DNA from: a virus
Reading direction: 5' to 3' (one strand)
Length of the DNA: 64,000 nt
IMG/VR virus record: IMGVR_UViG_3300025120_010481
Span: 1 to 64,000 of that record
Positions 39,141 through 48,856 of the stretch are shown piece by piece. The notes below the pieces were generated by a model. The model worked only from the letters and a program-made list of their open reading frames with translations, ran no database searches and was not told the DNA's origin. Within the stretch, counting starts at the first letter, position 1, and every line of letters begins with the position of its first letter. Position numbers and translations under genes: made by a program.

Positions 39141-40236
39141 TGATTATTCCTTTTAGTGATGGATAAATTTCATTTTTAATTTCTTGAACTGTCATGCTGC
39201 CCACATCCCACTCGCTCTGGGGTAGCCCTGTAGACTTAAACCAGTCTTTTAAGTTTGGTCTAATATAGTTAAATCTTCTTCCGCATTTATTGACTATATC
39301 TTTGTAGGCTGTATCACCAGCTTCATCGTAGTCAGTCAATATCACAACGTTGAAAGCTCCTGATTTTTCTAGTACTATTAGCTGCTTGTCCGACAAAGAG
39401 CTTCCAAAAATCCCTACAGACATAGCAAGCCCAGACTCGTAAAGCCTCCAAACGTCTGATTGGCCTTCAACCAATATAACTGTTCCAGAGCTTAATATAT
39501 ACTCTGATGCAATGTTAAACCCGTATAGATTAGCGGACTTAGAAAAGCCTTTACTGTTTCTCCATTTTGGGTTTGACTTCGAAACTTCAGTTTTAGTCCT
39601 GCCAACGCAACCAGAGTAATTACAATGTTCATCGTATATTGGAACTACCACCCGCCCAAACATTGACTGTTTAGAATCCTTGCAGTCACCAATATCAAAA
39701 GTGTCCAATGCTTCAGCCGAAAACCTTTTACGTTCGTCTTTGTTGTTTAGGTAGTACACTGAAGGAATTTCAAGTTTTCCCCTGATCAAATCTCTAGATA
39801 TAGTAGGGGTCGAGTCAGTTAAACTTTCTTCGTTAAATATTTTAAACACTTGATTAACTCTACCCTTGTCATAGTTAGATTCTTCTACTTTTGCCACATC
39901 CATTTTTAGAAAATCGCAACAAAATTTAAGAGCCTTATGGAACGAATTTTCTTCGCACCCGTTTCTCTCCATCCATCCACGAACAAGGCCAATCAAAGAG
40001 CCTGAAAACTCTTCTTCGCAGTGCCTAGTCCAGCAATGCCAATTTCCCTTAGCTGAATTGCCATCCGTAAATATGCAACAAGCCTCTGGATTGTCACCCC
40101 CATGAACTGGACAAGGAAATGCAATTCTATTAGGGTACTCAATAAAATCAATATCCATGTGAGTCAAAAACTCAGGTAGCTGCTCTAGTAATTCTTCGCA
40201 AATTTTAGAAATTTGTTTCTGTGTTAGACTCTTCAT
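39112..40236 (-). CDS. dnaG: DNA primase
   Basis: CPVH..WHC..HC Zn finger, GRVVVPI, LVEGQSD, DYDEAG Toprim. Confidence 0.9.
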   Translation of the reverse strand: MKSLTQKQISKICEELLEQLPEFLTHMDIDFIEYPNRIAFPCPVHGGDNPEACCIFTDGNSAKGNWHCWTRHCEEEFSGSLIGLVRGWMERNGCEENSFHKALKFCCDFLKMDVAKVEESNYDKGRVNQVFKIFNEESLTDSTPTISRDLIRGKLEIPSVYYLNNKDERKRFSAEALDTFDIGDCKDSKQSMFGRVVVPIYDEHCNYSGCVGRTKTEVSKSNPKWRNSKGFSKSANLYGFNIASEYILSSGTVILVEGQSDVWRLYESGLAMSVGIFGSSLSDKQLIVLEKSGAFNVVILTDYDEAGDTAYKDIVNKCGRRFNYIRPNLKDWFKSTGLPQSEWDVGSMTVQEIKNEIYPSLKGIINDEHYSVCG

Positions 40237-41647
40237 TTGATTTGAAACCTTCCTGATCTTCTTTACCTTTATAGTAAATCTGATTTCTTGTCATCTTCTG
40301 TACAACTCTACCATACTCACCATCAACTTTTAAACTCACATAATCGCCTTGATCCATAAGCCCACCATGCCTAGCGTGTAGAGGCACTAATTTTGTATTT
40401 CCCTGATCTCCATCAACCTGATTGTCTTCAGCCAGTTCTTCAGGAGACTTTAATTTAAACAAACTCAAGCTGGTACAAAGCCAAACGAGCCTGTCAGAGC
40501 CACTAATAACATCAGACGACTCTTTCGTTACTCCGTCCCTGTTCAACTGTACAAATGCCAGACACGGACAAGCGTACTTAACCATAAAGTTGTGCAGCTT
40601 AGTAATCTGAAACCCAAGAACTTGATACTCTTGCATAGAAGAAGAAATACTGTCACCGTCCATCAGCTTTAAATAGTCATAGATAATAACACAGTCTTTG
40701 GTTTTTCCGTCTTCGTCAAACCCAACGTGCTGATAAATCCACTTTCTCATTTGAGATAATATTGAATCGAACGACTGACCAGCAATACTAAGATAGTGGT
40801 AAGGCAATTCATGTAACTCCTTCGCGGCCTCTCCTACAGCGTGTGACTTAGAAGGTGTTTTTGCAAATAATCCAGTTTCTATTTCTTTGGTTTTTATATT
40901 TGATAAACTAGCCAATATTCTATTGTAATGATCTTCCTTGGACATCTCGGTGTCTAGCATTAAAACGGGAACGCCCTGTCTTGCAATATTGATACCCACA
41001 GAATCACCAAGCATAGACTTTCCAGTTTTTGGTCTAGCTCCAATTAAGTCAACGCAGCCCTTCCTGAGACCTCCACCGATGGCGTTGTCCCACTCCGAGA
41101 ATCCTGTTGGTACACCTAAAGTCTCCCTTACGTTTTCAGAAAGGTACTCTATATAATCAAAAACGTCCGCACCAAGAACTTCCGTTTGATTTGAACTTCC
41201 AGAGAAAGCCTCTCCCGTTACATCTAGAATAGGTTCTTCAACTTTAGATATAATGTCCGCTAAATCCTCTGAGCCATTTAACTTTTTTAAATCATTCTTG
41301 CAAATAGTCAGAGTGGAGTCTAAAGTTCTAATGGTTGCTAGTTTAGCAAGTTTTGCAGCGTGAGATGGGACATTGCTTTTCGAGATAGGGAAATTAATTA
41401 ACGAGCGAATAAACGCCATTTCGTTCTTATCTATTGCGTTGCCAAGGTTGTTGGCCTCAGATAAAATTGACGAAACCTCAACCTCTCTACCTTCTGAAAG
41501 TATACTAGATATACAGTCAAACAAAAACTGATTCTGACTGTCAACAAAGCAGTCAGCAGTCAAAAAATCTAATTCCATGTAAACATCTAAGCCAAATTGT
41601 ACCAACGCAGACAAGACTGCTCTTTCTGCTGCTAAATCTTTTATCAT
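40205..41647 (-). CDS. dnaB: Replicative DNA helicase
   Basis: AERAVL, GARPKTGKS, DTEM, YDYLKLM, VQLNR; start at the ATGA overlap (41647). Confidence 0.92.
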   Translation of the reverse strand: MIKDLAAERAVLSALVQFGLDVYMELDFLTADCFVDSQNQFLFDCISSILSEGREVEVSSILSEANNLGNAIDKNEMAFIRSLINFPISKSNVPSHAAKLAKLATIRTLDSTLTICKNDLKKLNGSEDLADIISKVEEPILDVTGEAFSGSSNQTEVLGADVFDYIEYLSENVRETLGVPTGFSEWDNAIGGGLRKGCVDLIGARPKTGKSMLGDSVGINIARQGVPVLMLDTEMSKEDHYNRILASLSNIKTKEIETGLFAKTPSKSHAVGEAAKELHELPYHYLSIAGQSFDSILSQMRKWIYQHVGFDEDGKTKDCVIIYDYLKLMDGDSISSSMQEYQVLGFQITKLHNFMVKYACPCLAFVQLNRDGVTKESSDVISGSDRLVWLCTSLSLFKLKSPEELAEDNQVDGDQGNTKLVPLHARHGGLMDQGDYVSLKVDGEYGRVVQKMTRNQIYYKGKEDQEGFKSNEESNTETNF

Positions 41648-42099
41648 CTTCTTGAGCACCTCCGGCAAGTGTACATTGACCCCGTTGCGTGTATTTTATT
41701 TACTCTTTCTGCCTTGCTGCACTTGGAGCAAGTTCTCTCAATTAAATTTGATTCCCAATCTTGACGTTTTCTTGGGGACGGCTTGACAGATGGTGTCCTG
41801 TCATCTTCCTCTTGAAATAGACTTCCGTCATCAACAAACTTATTCCCTTTGATCATTTTGTGAACTTCTTCAACTGACTCATCTTCTTCTTGAGAGCCAC
41901 CCCAATCATTGTAATCAATATTACGTTTTGTTGGTGGGTCGAGTGCCGCTTCACTCGCAACAACAGCTTCAGTGGCGTTGAGGAATTCTGTGGCGTTATT
42001 TAGTTTATCAATTTTTTGGTCTATTAACTCGATGGCCTTTTTAATATCCATCATTACGCTTGTCAAAGACTCTATTACGTTTCTGTCCTTATTGTTCAT
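41644..42099 (-). CDS. Hypothetical protein with C-terminal Zn ribbon
   Basis: CSKC...CRRC; N-terminal coiled coil. Confidence 0.65.
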   Translation of the reverse strand: MNNKDRNVIESLTSVMMDIKKAIELIDQKIDKLNNATEFLNATEAVVASEAALDPPTKRNIDYNDWGGSQEEDESVEEVHKMIKGNKFVDDGSLFQEEDDRTPSVKPSPRKRQDWESNLIERTCSKCSKAERVNKIHATGSMYTCRRCSRR

Positions 42100-42566
42100 T
42101 AGTATTTTTTCCTTGATAAGTTGCTCAAAACGTCTGCCATTCTCATTACTCTTTCACATTTTCCTTCTAGTATTTTAACCTTTGATTCAGCATAGTTTTT
42201 TATTTTTAGTATCTCACTAGCTAAGGGATTTTCTTTTATGGCAGGGTAGTATTTAACTTGCCACTTGGTGAACTTGTCCCCATACTGATCTAAGGTTCCA
42301 CTAATTATAAACCAAATAGACGACTCTGCCCAGTCTAAAATGTTTTTTTGTTTGGCTTTTTCAGTCTCAATGTACTCAGCGTAAGCATAAAGTTGATAGG
42401 CGGCAGAACTGCACTCCACAGCCGTCAGCTTTTCAAAGTCAGAAAATTGGAAATTTAACAAATCTGAAATATTTTGGTTTTCTTTTACCTCGCTCAAGTG
42501 AAGTGATTTAGTGTACCTATCAATATTCTCTAAAAATTCTGATAAAATTTCTTCTCCTCTACTCAT
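42099..42566 (-). CDS. Helical protein, possibly a UvsY-like recombination mediator
   Basis: All-helical coiled-coil composition, next to recA; start at the ATGA overlap. Confidence 0.4.
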   Translation of the reverse strand: MSRGEEILSEFLENIDRYTKSLHLSEVKENQNISDLLNFQFSDFEKLTAVECSSAAYQLYAYAEYIETEKAKQKNILDWAESSIWFIISGTLDQYGDKFTKWQVKYYPAIKENPLASEILKIKNYAESKVKILEGKCERVMRMADVLSNLSRKKY

Positions 42567-42961
42567 ATTTTTTCTCTCCACTCTTCTTCGGTTTCGTTAA
42601 AGTTCAAATTAACTAACTTTATATCGTTTATCTCACACCAATACGCCTTGTCTCTGTCTCTGGCTTGAGCACGAAAAAAATCTAACTTTCTTTTAAAGTG
42701 AAAAGAGTTAAATTTAAAGTGCTGCTCTCCATTAGCTTCAACTATTATAGACCTTAGTGGCAACCAAAAGTCAGCACGAAGAAGACCCCCGAAGGACGAG
42801 GGCTTTTTAGTACCAGCCAGAGTTACTTCTTCCAGTATTCTATCATGCGGGAAACACTTGTCAAGGAATTTTCTAACTTTATTGTGAAGTTTTGATCGCT
42901 TGCCTTTGTTTGACTTTGGATTCCAGTTATAGTACTTATCGTCAAGTCCCAGCACTTTCAT
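42563..42961 (-). CDS. DUF559/Vsr-like endonuclease
   Basis: ILEEV, LRADFWLP..IVEANGEQH, RDRDK..WC..N.IKL. Confidence 0.75.
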   Translation of the reverse strand: MKVLGLDDKYYNWNPKSNKGKRSKLHNKVRKFLDKCFPHDRILEEVTLAGTKKPSSFGGLLRADFWLPLRSIIVEANGEQHFKFNSFHFKRKLDFFRAQARDRDKAYWCEINDIKLVNLNFNETEEEWREKI

Positions 42962-44055
42962 TAAAGTAAACTCTCTTTAATTAGCTTTTCTAAACTTTTA
43001 ACTAACTTTGGGTTTTCATCAAACAAAGTCCTCAAATTTCTCATTCCTTGATATTTAAAACTTTTTTCAAACTCTTCAGCATTATCAAGGTCTACTTCTG
43101 GCTTTATCTCTTTGGCAACCTTTTTCATGTCTGCCATAAACAAGCAGTTAAACCAAGCACCTCTTTGTTCAATTAGCCCCAAGTCTAAACATAGATCGAG
43201 AACTTCCTGAGTTTTGTCAATTCCGTGACCGTAGCGAATATGGCTTTGAATATTTCCTCCCGGCGGCCCCATAGAAGAGCAAACTACACGCCAATTAATT
43301 TTTTGACCCACTTGATTACCATTGTCATCCACTACGGCTTTTACGGCAGGGTTGCCTTCGCCGCCATGTGCAATCTCCAACCTCGTGTCAGCTTGGTATT
43401 GAATCTTAACTCCACCGTCTGACATTTTAGACTTTCCAAAACCAGAAGTGTTAGAGATATAGTGCGTAATCGCAATAATCAAACCCCTTTGACTAGGAAG
43501 CAACTGACCAACCTTTTTTGTGAAAACAGAAAGTATCTTAGGTAGACCCGCTCTTCTTGGAGAAAAATCCCCATCCAACTCTTTTTCTGAAATCAATGAA
43601 GATATAGAATCTATGATCAATATAGCTCGGTGATAATCTGGATCGCAAAGCATTTTATAGGCCGTTTCAAGCAGTAGCTCGGCAGACAGAGGCTTGTCCA
43701 CAGGGGCTATAATGTCCATGTCTGAAGGGTCGAGTCCTACTACTTGAAAATTCAAATCTTTTAATCTACCCTCAGCGTCAATGTAAATAACTTTTCTGCC
43801 TTCTTCTATGCAGTTAGCCGCTATTTGCATTGCGGTCGTAGTCTTGCCGGATTTCGGGTCTCCTGTCAAGGTTAGCCAGCAACCCTCCCTTACTCCACCA
43901 CCCAAGCCAACGTCCAGAGCGGGACTAATTGAGATAATTCCATAGTCTCCTTTTTCTTCAAGGACTTTGTTACCCTTCTTGATTATTTCTCCGTACTTCT
44001 TTACGGTGTCCTTGAGGTAGTCTGGAACTTTTTTACTCTTTGTTTTCGTTGTCAT
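42961..44055 (-). CDS. recA: RecA/UvsX-family recombinase
   Basis: ALDVGLGGG, GDPKSGKTT, YIDAEG, IIDSISSL, GHGIDK. Confidence 0.9.
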   Translation of the reverse strand: MTTKTKSKKVPDYLKDTVKKYGEIIKKGNKVLEEKGDYGIISISPALDVGLGGGVREGCWLTLTGDPKSGKTTTAMQIAANCIEEGRKVIYIDAEGRLKDLNFQVVGLDPSDMDIIAPVDKPLSAELLLETAYKMLCDPDYHRAILIIDSISSLISEKELDGDFSPRRAGLPKILSVFTKKVGQLLPSQRGLIIAITHYISNTSGFGKSKMSDGGVKIQYQADTRLEIAHGGEGNPAVKAVVDDNGNQVGQKINWRVVCSSMGPPGGNIQSHIRYGHGIDKTQEVLDLCLDLGLIEQRGAWFNCLFMADMKKVAKEIKPEVDLDNAEEFEKSFKYQGMRNLRTLFDENPKLVKSLEKLIKESLL

Positions 44056-44497
44056 CTATTTCCCTTATCTTTGAAAATCTATTCTTTTTGTAACTACCTT
44101 TTCTGGGCTTGAATTCTTTATTATCGTGAAATTCAATCTCTGGCTTTTCTTCCAAAGCCTCTTTCTGTAGTACATCATAGCACTTAGAGACTCCATCTTG
44201 CACAAAATAAAGAGGCAATACATACTTCCCGCTTTTATGAAGAAACCCCAAAGAGTAAATATTTTTACCTTTGGGGCTATTTATATATCTAACGAGTGCC
44301 TGTTCGTTGAATTTTTTTATCAGTTTCCACGCTACTTTGATCTGAGTTTGGTATTGATCTTGGTGTGATTTACTCCAGAATTTATATTCTAGGCTACCTT
44401 TATTCTCTCTTTCGCGTTTCCTGATACAAACTATCTCCGCTACAAATTGTGCGGCATTACAAGGCTCCCCCGTAGATATACTTTGATAATTCTTCAT
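44033..44497 (-). CDS. Hypothetical protein
   Basis: 154 aa ORF overlapping neighbours in the operon. Confidence 0.65.
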   Translation of the reverse strand: MKNYQSISTGEPCNAAQFVAEIVCIRKRERENKGSLEYKFWSKSHQDQYQTQIKVAWKLIKKFNEQALVRYINSPKGKNIYSLGFLHKSGKYVLPLYFVQDGVSKCYDVLQKEALEEKPEIEFHDNKEFKPRKGSYKKNRFSKIREIDDNENKE

Positions 44498-44996
44498 TTT
44501 TTAACTTTTCTGATCCGTTAGCAAAAATCATGTCCTTTAAATTGTCCACAGACAAATCCCTTTCAGACTCGCCAGTCTCAAAACTGTTGTGAGGCCAAAG
44601 ATACTTTGAAACCTTTATACCTGAACAGTCGTCCTTTAGTAAAAGAACTGTTAATGACTGATAAAGCGTAGAGGTTGACCCATCCATTAACTGATCTTTA
44701 GCCGCACCCCTCATAATACAAACGCCATCTAAACCGTTTTCGTCCTCGAAAAAAACTTTTTCTTGAGCACCAAGCATTTGTAATTGAATTTTGGCAGGAA
44801 GAACATTGTGTTTTTTACAGTATTCTTTTAATCTAAGCCAAGGATTCATTGCGTCGGGTCTTTCATAGTCTCCATAAACAACTTTGAAAACTTCTGGGTC
44901 TTCACTTTCTGTGAGAGTGACCTTCCAAGACATGTTAACCTTATTATTTACATAATCCTTAAAATGCGGATCAGGAGCACTTAACGGCTCAATCAT
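44457..44996 (-). CDS. Hypothetical protein
   Basis: AAAGG RBS before ATG 44996; operon-coupled. Confidence 0.6.
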   Translation of the reverse strand: MIEPLSAPDPHFKDYVNNKVNMSWKVTLTESEDPEVFKVVYGDYERPDAMNPWLRLKEYCKKHNVLPAKIQLQMLGAQEKVFFEDENGLDGVCIMRGAAKDQLMDGSTSTLYQSLTVLLLKDDCSGIKVSKYLWPHNSFETGESERDLSVDNLKDMIFANGSEKLKNEELSKYIYGGAL

Positions 44997-45396
44997 TTTT
45001 GGCCTTTCTAATAGTCGTTGTACAGTCGCTATACCTATGAGTACTAGCATCCTTAACTCTTTGTTTTCTGCTGTCGTCGCCTGCTTCAGACGCTTGTGCG
45101 GTCATTACGGTCACTCCGTACTTTTCGTTCCTAGCAAATAACTCAGAAGTTCTAGTTCTAGTAGCAGTTTCTTCTTGGGGTTCTGCTGTGTCTGCTTCAT
45201 CTGTTTCGGTCACGGTAAACTTATCTTTGGCTACAGAGTTCGCGTCAACAAACTTTTTAATGATGTCCGGTGAACGATTTAGCCGTGTTGCGATAGCCGA
45301 AATATCTTCTTCTTTGCTCATGCAGTTTAAGATATCTGACTTTTCAGAATTAGACAGTGGCCCTTTTTTAATTTTTTTCAGTTTTTTATTTTTCAT
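44989..45396 (-). CDS. Hypothetical protein with possible HTH
   Basis: ISAIATRLNRSPDIIKKF helix-turn-helix-like segment. Confidence 0.6.
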   Translation of the reverse strand: MKNKKLKKIKKGPLSNSEKSDILNCMSKEEDISAIATRLNRSPDIIKKFVDANSVAKDKFTVTETDEADTAEPQEETATRTRTSELFARNEKYGVTVMTAQASEAGDDSRKQRVKDASTHRYSDCTTTIRKAKND

Positions 45397-45809
45397 GCTG
45401 ACTCCATTGCTGTTCTTCTTGCTTTAGTAAAATATAAAGTGTTTCTAGTTTCAAGGTATTTAGAGAAATTACTGAAAGTGTTTTCGTCAACCTTTCTAAA
45501 TTTTAAGGTTTTTAGCCTTTGGTCTCTTGCACTGGGACTCATGTTAAAAGGGTCTACCAAGCCGGAACCCCCAAAAAGAACCCAGTACTTTTCGCTACCT
45601 TTATTACCCTCGTCGTCCTTCAACCAAGAGCTAATAGCGAAAGTTGTCCTTGAAGTTTTTTTCAGTATTGACTTCATTGAGTAGTCGTTCATTGAAAAAA
45701 CAACATCCCAAGAAGCAGACTTGTTTTTGCTGTCAAGCTCAATATAGTGAGCGTACATCTGCTTGTTTTGTTTTTGATATTCTTGACCATCAAAAGTGTT
45801 TTCATCCAT
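45393..45809 (-). CDS. Hypothetical protein
   Basis: 138 aa ORF, ATGA-coupled to the next gene. Confidence 0.6.
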   Translation of the reverse strand: MDENTFDGQEYQKQNKQMYAHYIELDSKNKSASWDVVFSMNDYSMKSILKKTSRTTFAISSWLKDDEGNKGSEKYWVLFGGSGLVDPFNMSPSARDQRLKTLKFRKVDENTFSNFSKYLETRNTLYFTKARRTAMESA

Positions 45810-46035
45810 TTAATCTATCTAGCCTTTCTTTTACTTTGTTTATGCAGTCGGCTTCATCAATTCCGCTAATCAATAACTGAGCCTTTTCCGACATTCCGTA
45901 CTTCCTAAGTAACTTATTCCCCATAGGCATATAATCTAAAGTTCCATCTTCGTTTATTTTTCTTATGTCTACTTTGAAAGTTATAGTAGCGTGATGGGGA
46001 TGGTCTCTACAATTAGTCTTACTATCCATTTTCAA
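45802..46035 (-). CDS. Hypothetical protein
   Basis: Fills the operon gap and overlaps both neighbours. Confidence 0.5.
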   Translation of the reverse strand: MKMDSKTNCRDHPHHATITFKVDIRKINEDGTLDYMPMGNKLLRKYGMSEKAQLLISGIDEADCINKVKERLDRLNG

Positions 46036-46360
46036 TCCATTTTATTTTTTCTTGAGGTGTCATGCTATTTATTTTATTATTTAGTTTAACCTTTTCTTTT
46101 TTTGCGTTTCTTTCCTCGATCTTGTCTTCCTTCATCTTGCTTTGAAGTTCATAAGTCCCCATGTTCTGGGTGTTTCTTTCAGCTAGATGTTTTACTGTTT
46201 CTGGCTCGCCTCTAACAGCTATATACGGTGCTGTAATAAAAACTTTTTTAAGTGTGGGCTTATTGCAGTGGGGACATTCTAGTATTGCGGGGTCGTTAAT
46301 ACCCTGCCTTATCTCCGTGTAAAAAGCACAAGGCTCACATTCAAAATCATAAAGTGGCAT
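46022..46360 (-). CDS. FmdB-family zinc-ribbon regulatory protein
   Basis: MPLYDFECEPC...CPHC..LKKV; GGAG RBS. Confidence 0.85.
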   Translation of the reverse strand: MPLYDFECEPCAFYTEIRQGINDPAILECPHCNKPTLKKVFITAPYIAVRGEPETVKHLAERNTQNMGTYELQSKMKEDKIEERNAKKEKVKLNNKINSMTPQEKIKWIENG

Positions 46361-46413
46361 ATTTACTCCGTAGTTTAAAGTTTGGCAACAAGAGTTGTCA
46401 CCTAATCAAATGT

Positions 46414-46452
46414 AGCTATTGTATTATATATCAAAGACGTATGTTTAGCACA
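46414..46452 (-). promoter_or_regulatory. Promoter TGTGCT-N10-CTTTGA-N2-TATAATAC (copy 1), upstream of the replication/recombination operon
   Basis: Perfect TATAAT; 20 fixed positions shared at identical spacing with 60846-60885. Confidence 0.7.
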
Positions 46453-46467
46453 ATTAATTCAAATTTA

Positions 46468-46593
46468 TTATTCAGACAACCTTTTACGCAAATCTTTCTG
46501 TTTTTTAACAAACTCTATTCTAGCTAGAGCTTTGTCATTTAAGGGTTTTATTTTCGCAAAAAGCCTTTTGATCCATCTAATGAAGTTTAACAT
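46468..46593 (-). CDS. Small basic amphipathic peptide (41 aa)
   Basis: AAGGAG RBS before ATG 46593; MLNFIRWIKRLFAKIK. Confidence 0.55.
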   Translation of the reverse strand: MLNFIRWIKRLFAKIKPLNDKALARIEFVKKQKDLRKRLSE

Positions 46594-46626
46594 AAAGCTC
46601 GCTCCTTTTATTGACCGTATCAACCC

Positions 46627-46676
46627 GATGAATAGGGGCGGCTTCCCACAAAACGCAAGAAGCCTACCCATTTATC
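46627..46676 (-). other. Long G-U-rich RNA hairpin downstream of phoH
   Basis: GGCTTCTTGC/GTGGGAAGCC 10-bp stem plus GATAAATGGG/CCTATTCATC lower stem; no U-tract. Confidence 0.55.
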
Positions 46677-46680
46677 GTCA

Positions 46681-47361
46681 CTAACCTCTTCCACCTGTCC
46701 TTGCCATAATTCTGCCAATGATAGGATTTCTAACAATATCGCAAGCCTCAAGCTCACAAATGCCTACGCCCTCTAAGTCTTCTAGTTCGTCCATCAATTG
46801 GTAAAACGCACCAGCTTCTCGACCTTTAAGGTCTGTTTGGTCTGGGTCTCCATTGATAACCGCAGTAGAGTGCATACCCAGTCGCGTAATAAACATAATG
46901 ATCTGTTCGTAAGTAGCATTTTGTGCCTCGTCCAAAATTGTAAAGGAGTCATCGAACGTGCGTCCCCTCATAAATTCTAGTGGGCAAATCTCAATTGTTT
47001 TTGTTGCTCTCATAGAATTGTAAGTATCTAAACCTAAATACTTTTTCATTTCTTCTAGCACTGGAATCATGTAGGGGTGGACTTTTTCGTTTAGTCCTCC
47101 CGGAAGATGCCCCAGTCCTCTCCCCGCTTCAATTGCGGGTCTAGCAACAACCACGTTATTTATCTTGTTATTCAGCAACCAGTCACAAGCAAGCCCCACG
47201 GAGCAAGCTGTTTTGCCTGACCCTGCTGGCCCAGAGCAAAATGTAACATCACATTCTATCATTGACTCAATATAATCTGACTGGTTTTCGCTTTTGGGTT
47301 GTAGTTTTTTCCTTTGTGGTCTAATGTTTTGTTTACGTTGTTTATGTTTTCGTTTAGACAA
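46681..47361 (-). CDS. phoH: PhoH family ATPase
   Basis: GPAGSGKT, RPAIE..LGHLPG, PLEFMRGRTF, ILDEAQN, GDPDQTD, DIVRNP. Confidence 0.95.
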   Translation of the reverse strand: MSKRKHKQRKQNIRPQRKKLQPKSENQSDYIESMIECDVTFCSGPAGSGKTACSVGLACDWLLNNKINNVVVARPAIEAGRGLGHLPGGLNEKVHPYMIPVLEEMKKYLGLDTYNSMRATKTIEICPLEFMRGRTFDDSFTILDEAQNATYEQIIMFITRLGMHSTAVINGDPDQTDLKGREAGAFYQLMDELEDLEGVGICELEACDIVRNPIIGRIMARTGGRG

Positions 47362-47373
47362 TTTCAGTCTCCG

Positions 47374-48612
47374 TTAAAATGGTGATGTTGGTTTATCAAA
47401 ATCCCTCACTTGAGTATCCTTGACTGGCACGAAATCACTAGCATCATTTTGATAAGACAAAGTGTATTCTACCAAGCCTCCGTCTGTATCGCCTCCTGAT
47501 TGCGATATTGCAGTCAGGTAGTTGCTTTTGCCCAAATCCCAAATAAAGTGTTGAGTACTTGGAGGTGATGGAAACTTTTTGGCGACAAGTCTAATTTCTC
47601 TATCGACTTTATTCCAATCTGTGGCAACCCTTGTTCCGTCTCCCTCAGCTTGGGAAAATCTTATATCATTATTTAGTATCGAGAATGGATAAAGTTGTCG
47701 AGCGTTGCCTGTGAACGAGCACGTTACCTGAACAGGTAAAACAACGCTAGTCCATATATTTCTGTACTTTTTGTAAACAGTGTTTGAATCCCCGTCTTTG
47801 TAATCAAAGTCGGAGTCATACAAATTCGAATAGTCAATAGTTGCTTGAATGTCTATAGATTGCAAACCTAGTATCCTTTGGTTTCTTTCAGCGGACTCTT
47901 GACCTGCACTATTTTTTGCGTTAAACATTTGCTCGACTTCGTAGGGAAGTACAGAATCTCTAGAGGTATTCAGTAAGTCAAAGTCCTCCCTCTTTAGTAT
48001 ATTAGCACTTTGAGGTAGGTTAGCATCGTCAACAAAGTCTTCAAGCGAATAAGATGCGTTATATTCAAGTTCTTTAGATGTTAAAGTTATTGACTCGGTT
48101 ACTCTGTCTGCTGATATTGAATAATTTATAGATGTTACCAAGCATTGTTTTAGAGTTGCAGCCAAAACCTTATCGGCATCACCCCCTGAGCCAGAACCTA
48201 AGTGCTTGAATTGGTCTGATCCTACCAATATTGTTATATCGTAATTTCTTAAAGATTTATCGTCACCGTCTGACGTTCCAGTCATTCCTATGTTGTGAGG
48301 TGCTAGAATGTGAGAAGATTCATACGTTAGATATTTCGTGTCAAGAACGTGATAAAAGAAGTTACTGCTTTGATCAATAACTCTGTCTATAGTGACAGAG
48401 AAAGATTGTGGGGAATAGTAGTGAAACTTTCTTTGAAATCTACCAATGTCAGGAAGTGACACAGACGGTAAGTCTCCATCTAGTCCAATATTTTGAACGC
48501 CCGTCAAAAACTCTCCATCGACTGGGGAGTCGCTGTCAAAGTTAATATTTCTACCTTTAAAGATAACGCCCATACAGGCGTAAAAAACTCTATTATTAAT
48601 ATCGTTAAACAT
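47374..48612 (-). CDS. Probable tail-tube-like structural protein
   Basis: Beta-rich; TGVQNIG, SINYSISAD..TESIT, LGLQSID, SGGDTDGG..EYTLSY patterns; start at ATG 48612. Confidence 0.4.
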   Translation of the reverse strand: MFNDINNRVFYACMGVIFKGRNINFDSDSPVDGEFLTGVQNIGLDGDLPSVSLPDIGRFQRKFHYYSPQSFSVTIDRVIDQSSNFFYHVLDTKYLTYESSHILAPHNIGMTGTSDGDDKSLRNYDITILVGSDQFKHLGSGSGGDADKVLAATLKQCLVTSINYSISADRVTESITLTSKELEYNASYSLEDFVDDANLPQSANILKREDFDLLNTSRDSVLPYEVEQMFNAKNSAGQESAERNQRILGLQSIDIQATIDYSNLYDSDFDYKDGDSNTVYKKYRNIWTSVVLPVQVTCSFTGNARQLYPFSILNNDIRFSQAEGDGTRVATDWNKVDREIRLVAKKFPSPPSTQHFIWDLGKSNYLTAISQSGGDTDGGLVEYTLSYQNDASDFVPVKDTQVRDFDKPTSPF

Positions 48613-48616
48613 AATT

Positions 48617-48856
48617 CTATTTCTTAAATTTGAAGTGTATATCTTTAATGTGAATCGTGATAAATGTTTCATCTCCGATTTCTTTGACTGAGACATTTTT
48701 TACAACACTGTTGATGATTTCAGTTACACCCTTAACAGCTTCCTCTGTGATACCGTAACGATTAAGAATGTCATCAACGAAGTTATCAACAAAACCCGTA
48801 GATACAGGCTCGTTTTTTGGTGTTTGCTTTTGACCACCTCTCCACCAATTATTCAT
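48617..48856 (-). CDS. Hypothetical protein
   Basis: GGAG RBS; 79 aa. Confidence 0.6.
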   Translation of the reverse strand: MNNWWRGGQKQTPKNEPVSTGFVDNFVDDILNRYGITEEAVKGVTEIINSVVKNVSVKEIGDETFITIHIKDIHFKFKK

